Positions 63,865 to 64,000 of a DNA stretch of 64,000 nt are shown piece after piece. The DNA is from a virus (taxonomy: Duplodnaviria > Heunggongvirae > Uroviricota > Caudoviricetes > Herelleviridae), in IMG/VR virus record IMGVR_UViG_2974580128_000001; one strand, given 5' to 3'. Position numbers and translations under genes: made by a program. Position 1 is the first letter of the stretch; the number at the start of each line of letters is the position of its first letter. Under the pieces are notes generated by a model. That model saw nothing but the letters and a program-made list of their open reading frames with translations, did no database searches and was not told the DNA's origin.

Positions 63865-64000
63865 ATGGCAAACCCTACAACCAAAGTAACATTAAACCAA
63901 GCATTAATCAAAGAATTGCGTGCACTTCAAGGAAAAAGAGAGTCCTTGATTGCAAGCAATCTACATGTACCAGAACCTCAATCAGTTATGATTCCAATTC
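63865..64000 (+). CDS. partial CDS (N-terminus only, runs off the window)
   Basis: ATG 63865 immediately after the upstream stop; open to the window end. Confidence 0.4.
   Translation, partial: MANPTTKVTLNQALIKELRALQGKRESLIASNLHVPEPQSVMIPI

Overview
The window looks like part of a large virulent Firmicutes myovirus genome with an SPO1-like / Herelleviridae-like layout; this is inferred from gene content and organisation, not from any search. 

(1) Positions 1-7550 are a plus-strand early, host-takeover-like module: about 25 very small ORFs, each behind a near-identical strong sigma-A-type promoter (TTGACA-17-TATAAT followed by a conserved 'tgtaagataaa' box and an RBS). 

(2) Positions 7700-44850 are a minus-strand block of early/middle genes, many preceded by a conserved promoter motif (gTGTTGACTT-17-TATACT). 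Among its genes:
- RtcB RNA ligase
- a NADAR-domain protein
- a LarB/PurE-fold enzyme inside a translationally coupled operon of unknown function
- three tandem calcineurin-like metallophosphoesterases plus a DEDDh-like exonuclease
- SPFH and LemA membrane proteins
- a nucleotide-metabolism module: anaerobic RNR NrdD/NrdG, NrdH-like redoxin, ThyA-family enzyme, deoxynucleoside kinase, HAD phosphatase
- an NAD-salvage module: two PnuC-like transporters plus a bifunctional NadR-like NMNAT/ribosylnicotinamide kinase
- a ParB-like protein and XRE regulators
- a Ro60/Rsr (TROVE+vWA) ortholog

(3) Positions 45000-56250 are a minus-strand tRNA array of about 25-28 tRNA genes. I could assign Gly, Pro, Ala, Arg x2, Ser x3, Leu, His, Ile, Val, Lys x2, Thr, Phe, Cys, Trp, Met/CAT x3, Glu, Asp, Gln, Asn and a probable Tyr. 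The array also holds:
- small ORFs
- an AAA ATPase
- a plus-strand GIY-YIG homing endonuclease
- a ~700 bp ORF-free stretch
- immediately upstream of rsr, four circularly permuted tRNA-like modules (T-arm, closed acceptor-like hairpin, D-arm, closing stem) that resemble bacterial Y-RNA (YrlA-type) tRNA mimics

(4) Positions 56400-64000 are plus-strand late genes. This includes a terminase large subunit that appears split by an intron-like insert carrying a DUF559/Vsr-like endonuclease ORF. The block is flanked on both sides by a ~165 bp AT-rich element with 20 bp terminal inverted repeats. 

Other points worth a second look:
- in-frame TAG codons followed by long open coding-like frames (possible amber read-through)
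- a tmRNA/tRNA-like 3' fragment next to the GIY-YIG gene
- orphan early promoters that may drive small RNAs

All calls rest on motif and fold recognition by eye. Coordinates of RNA features are approximate to +/-3 nt.
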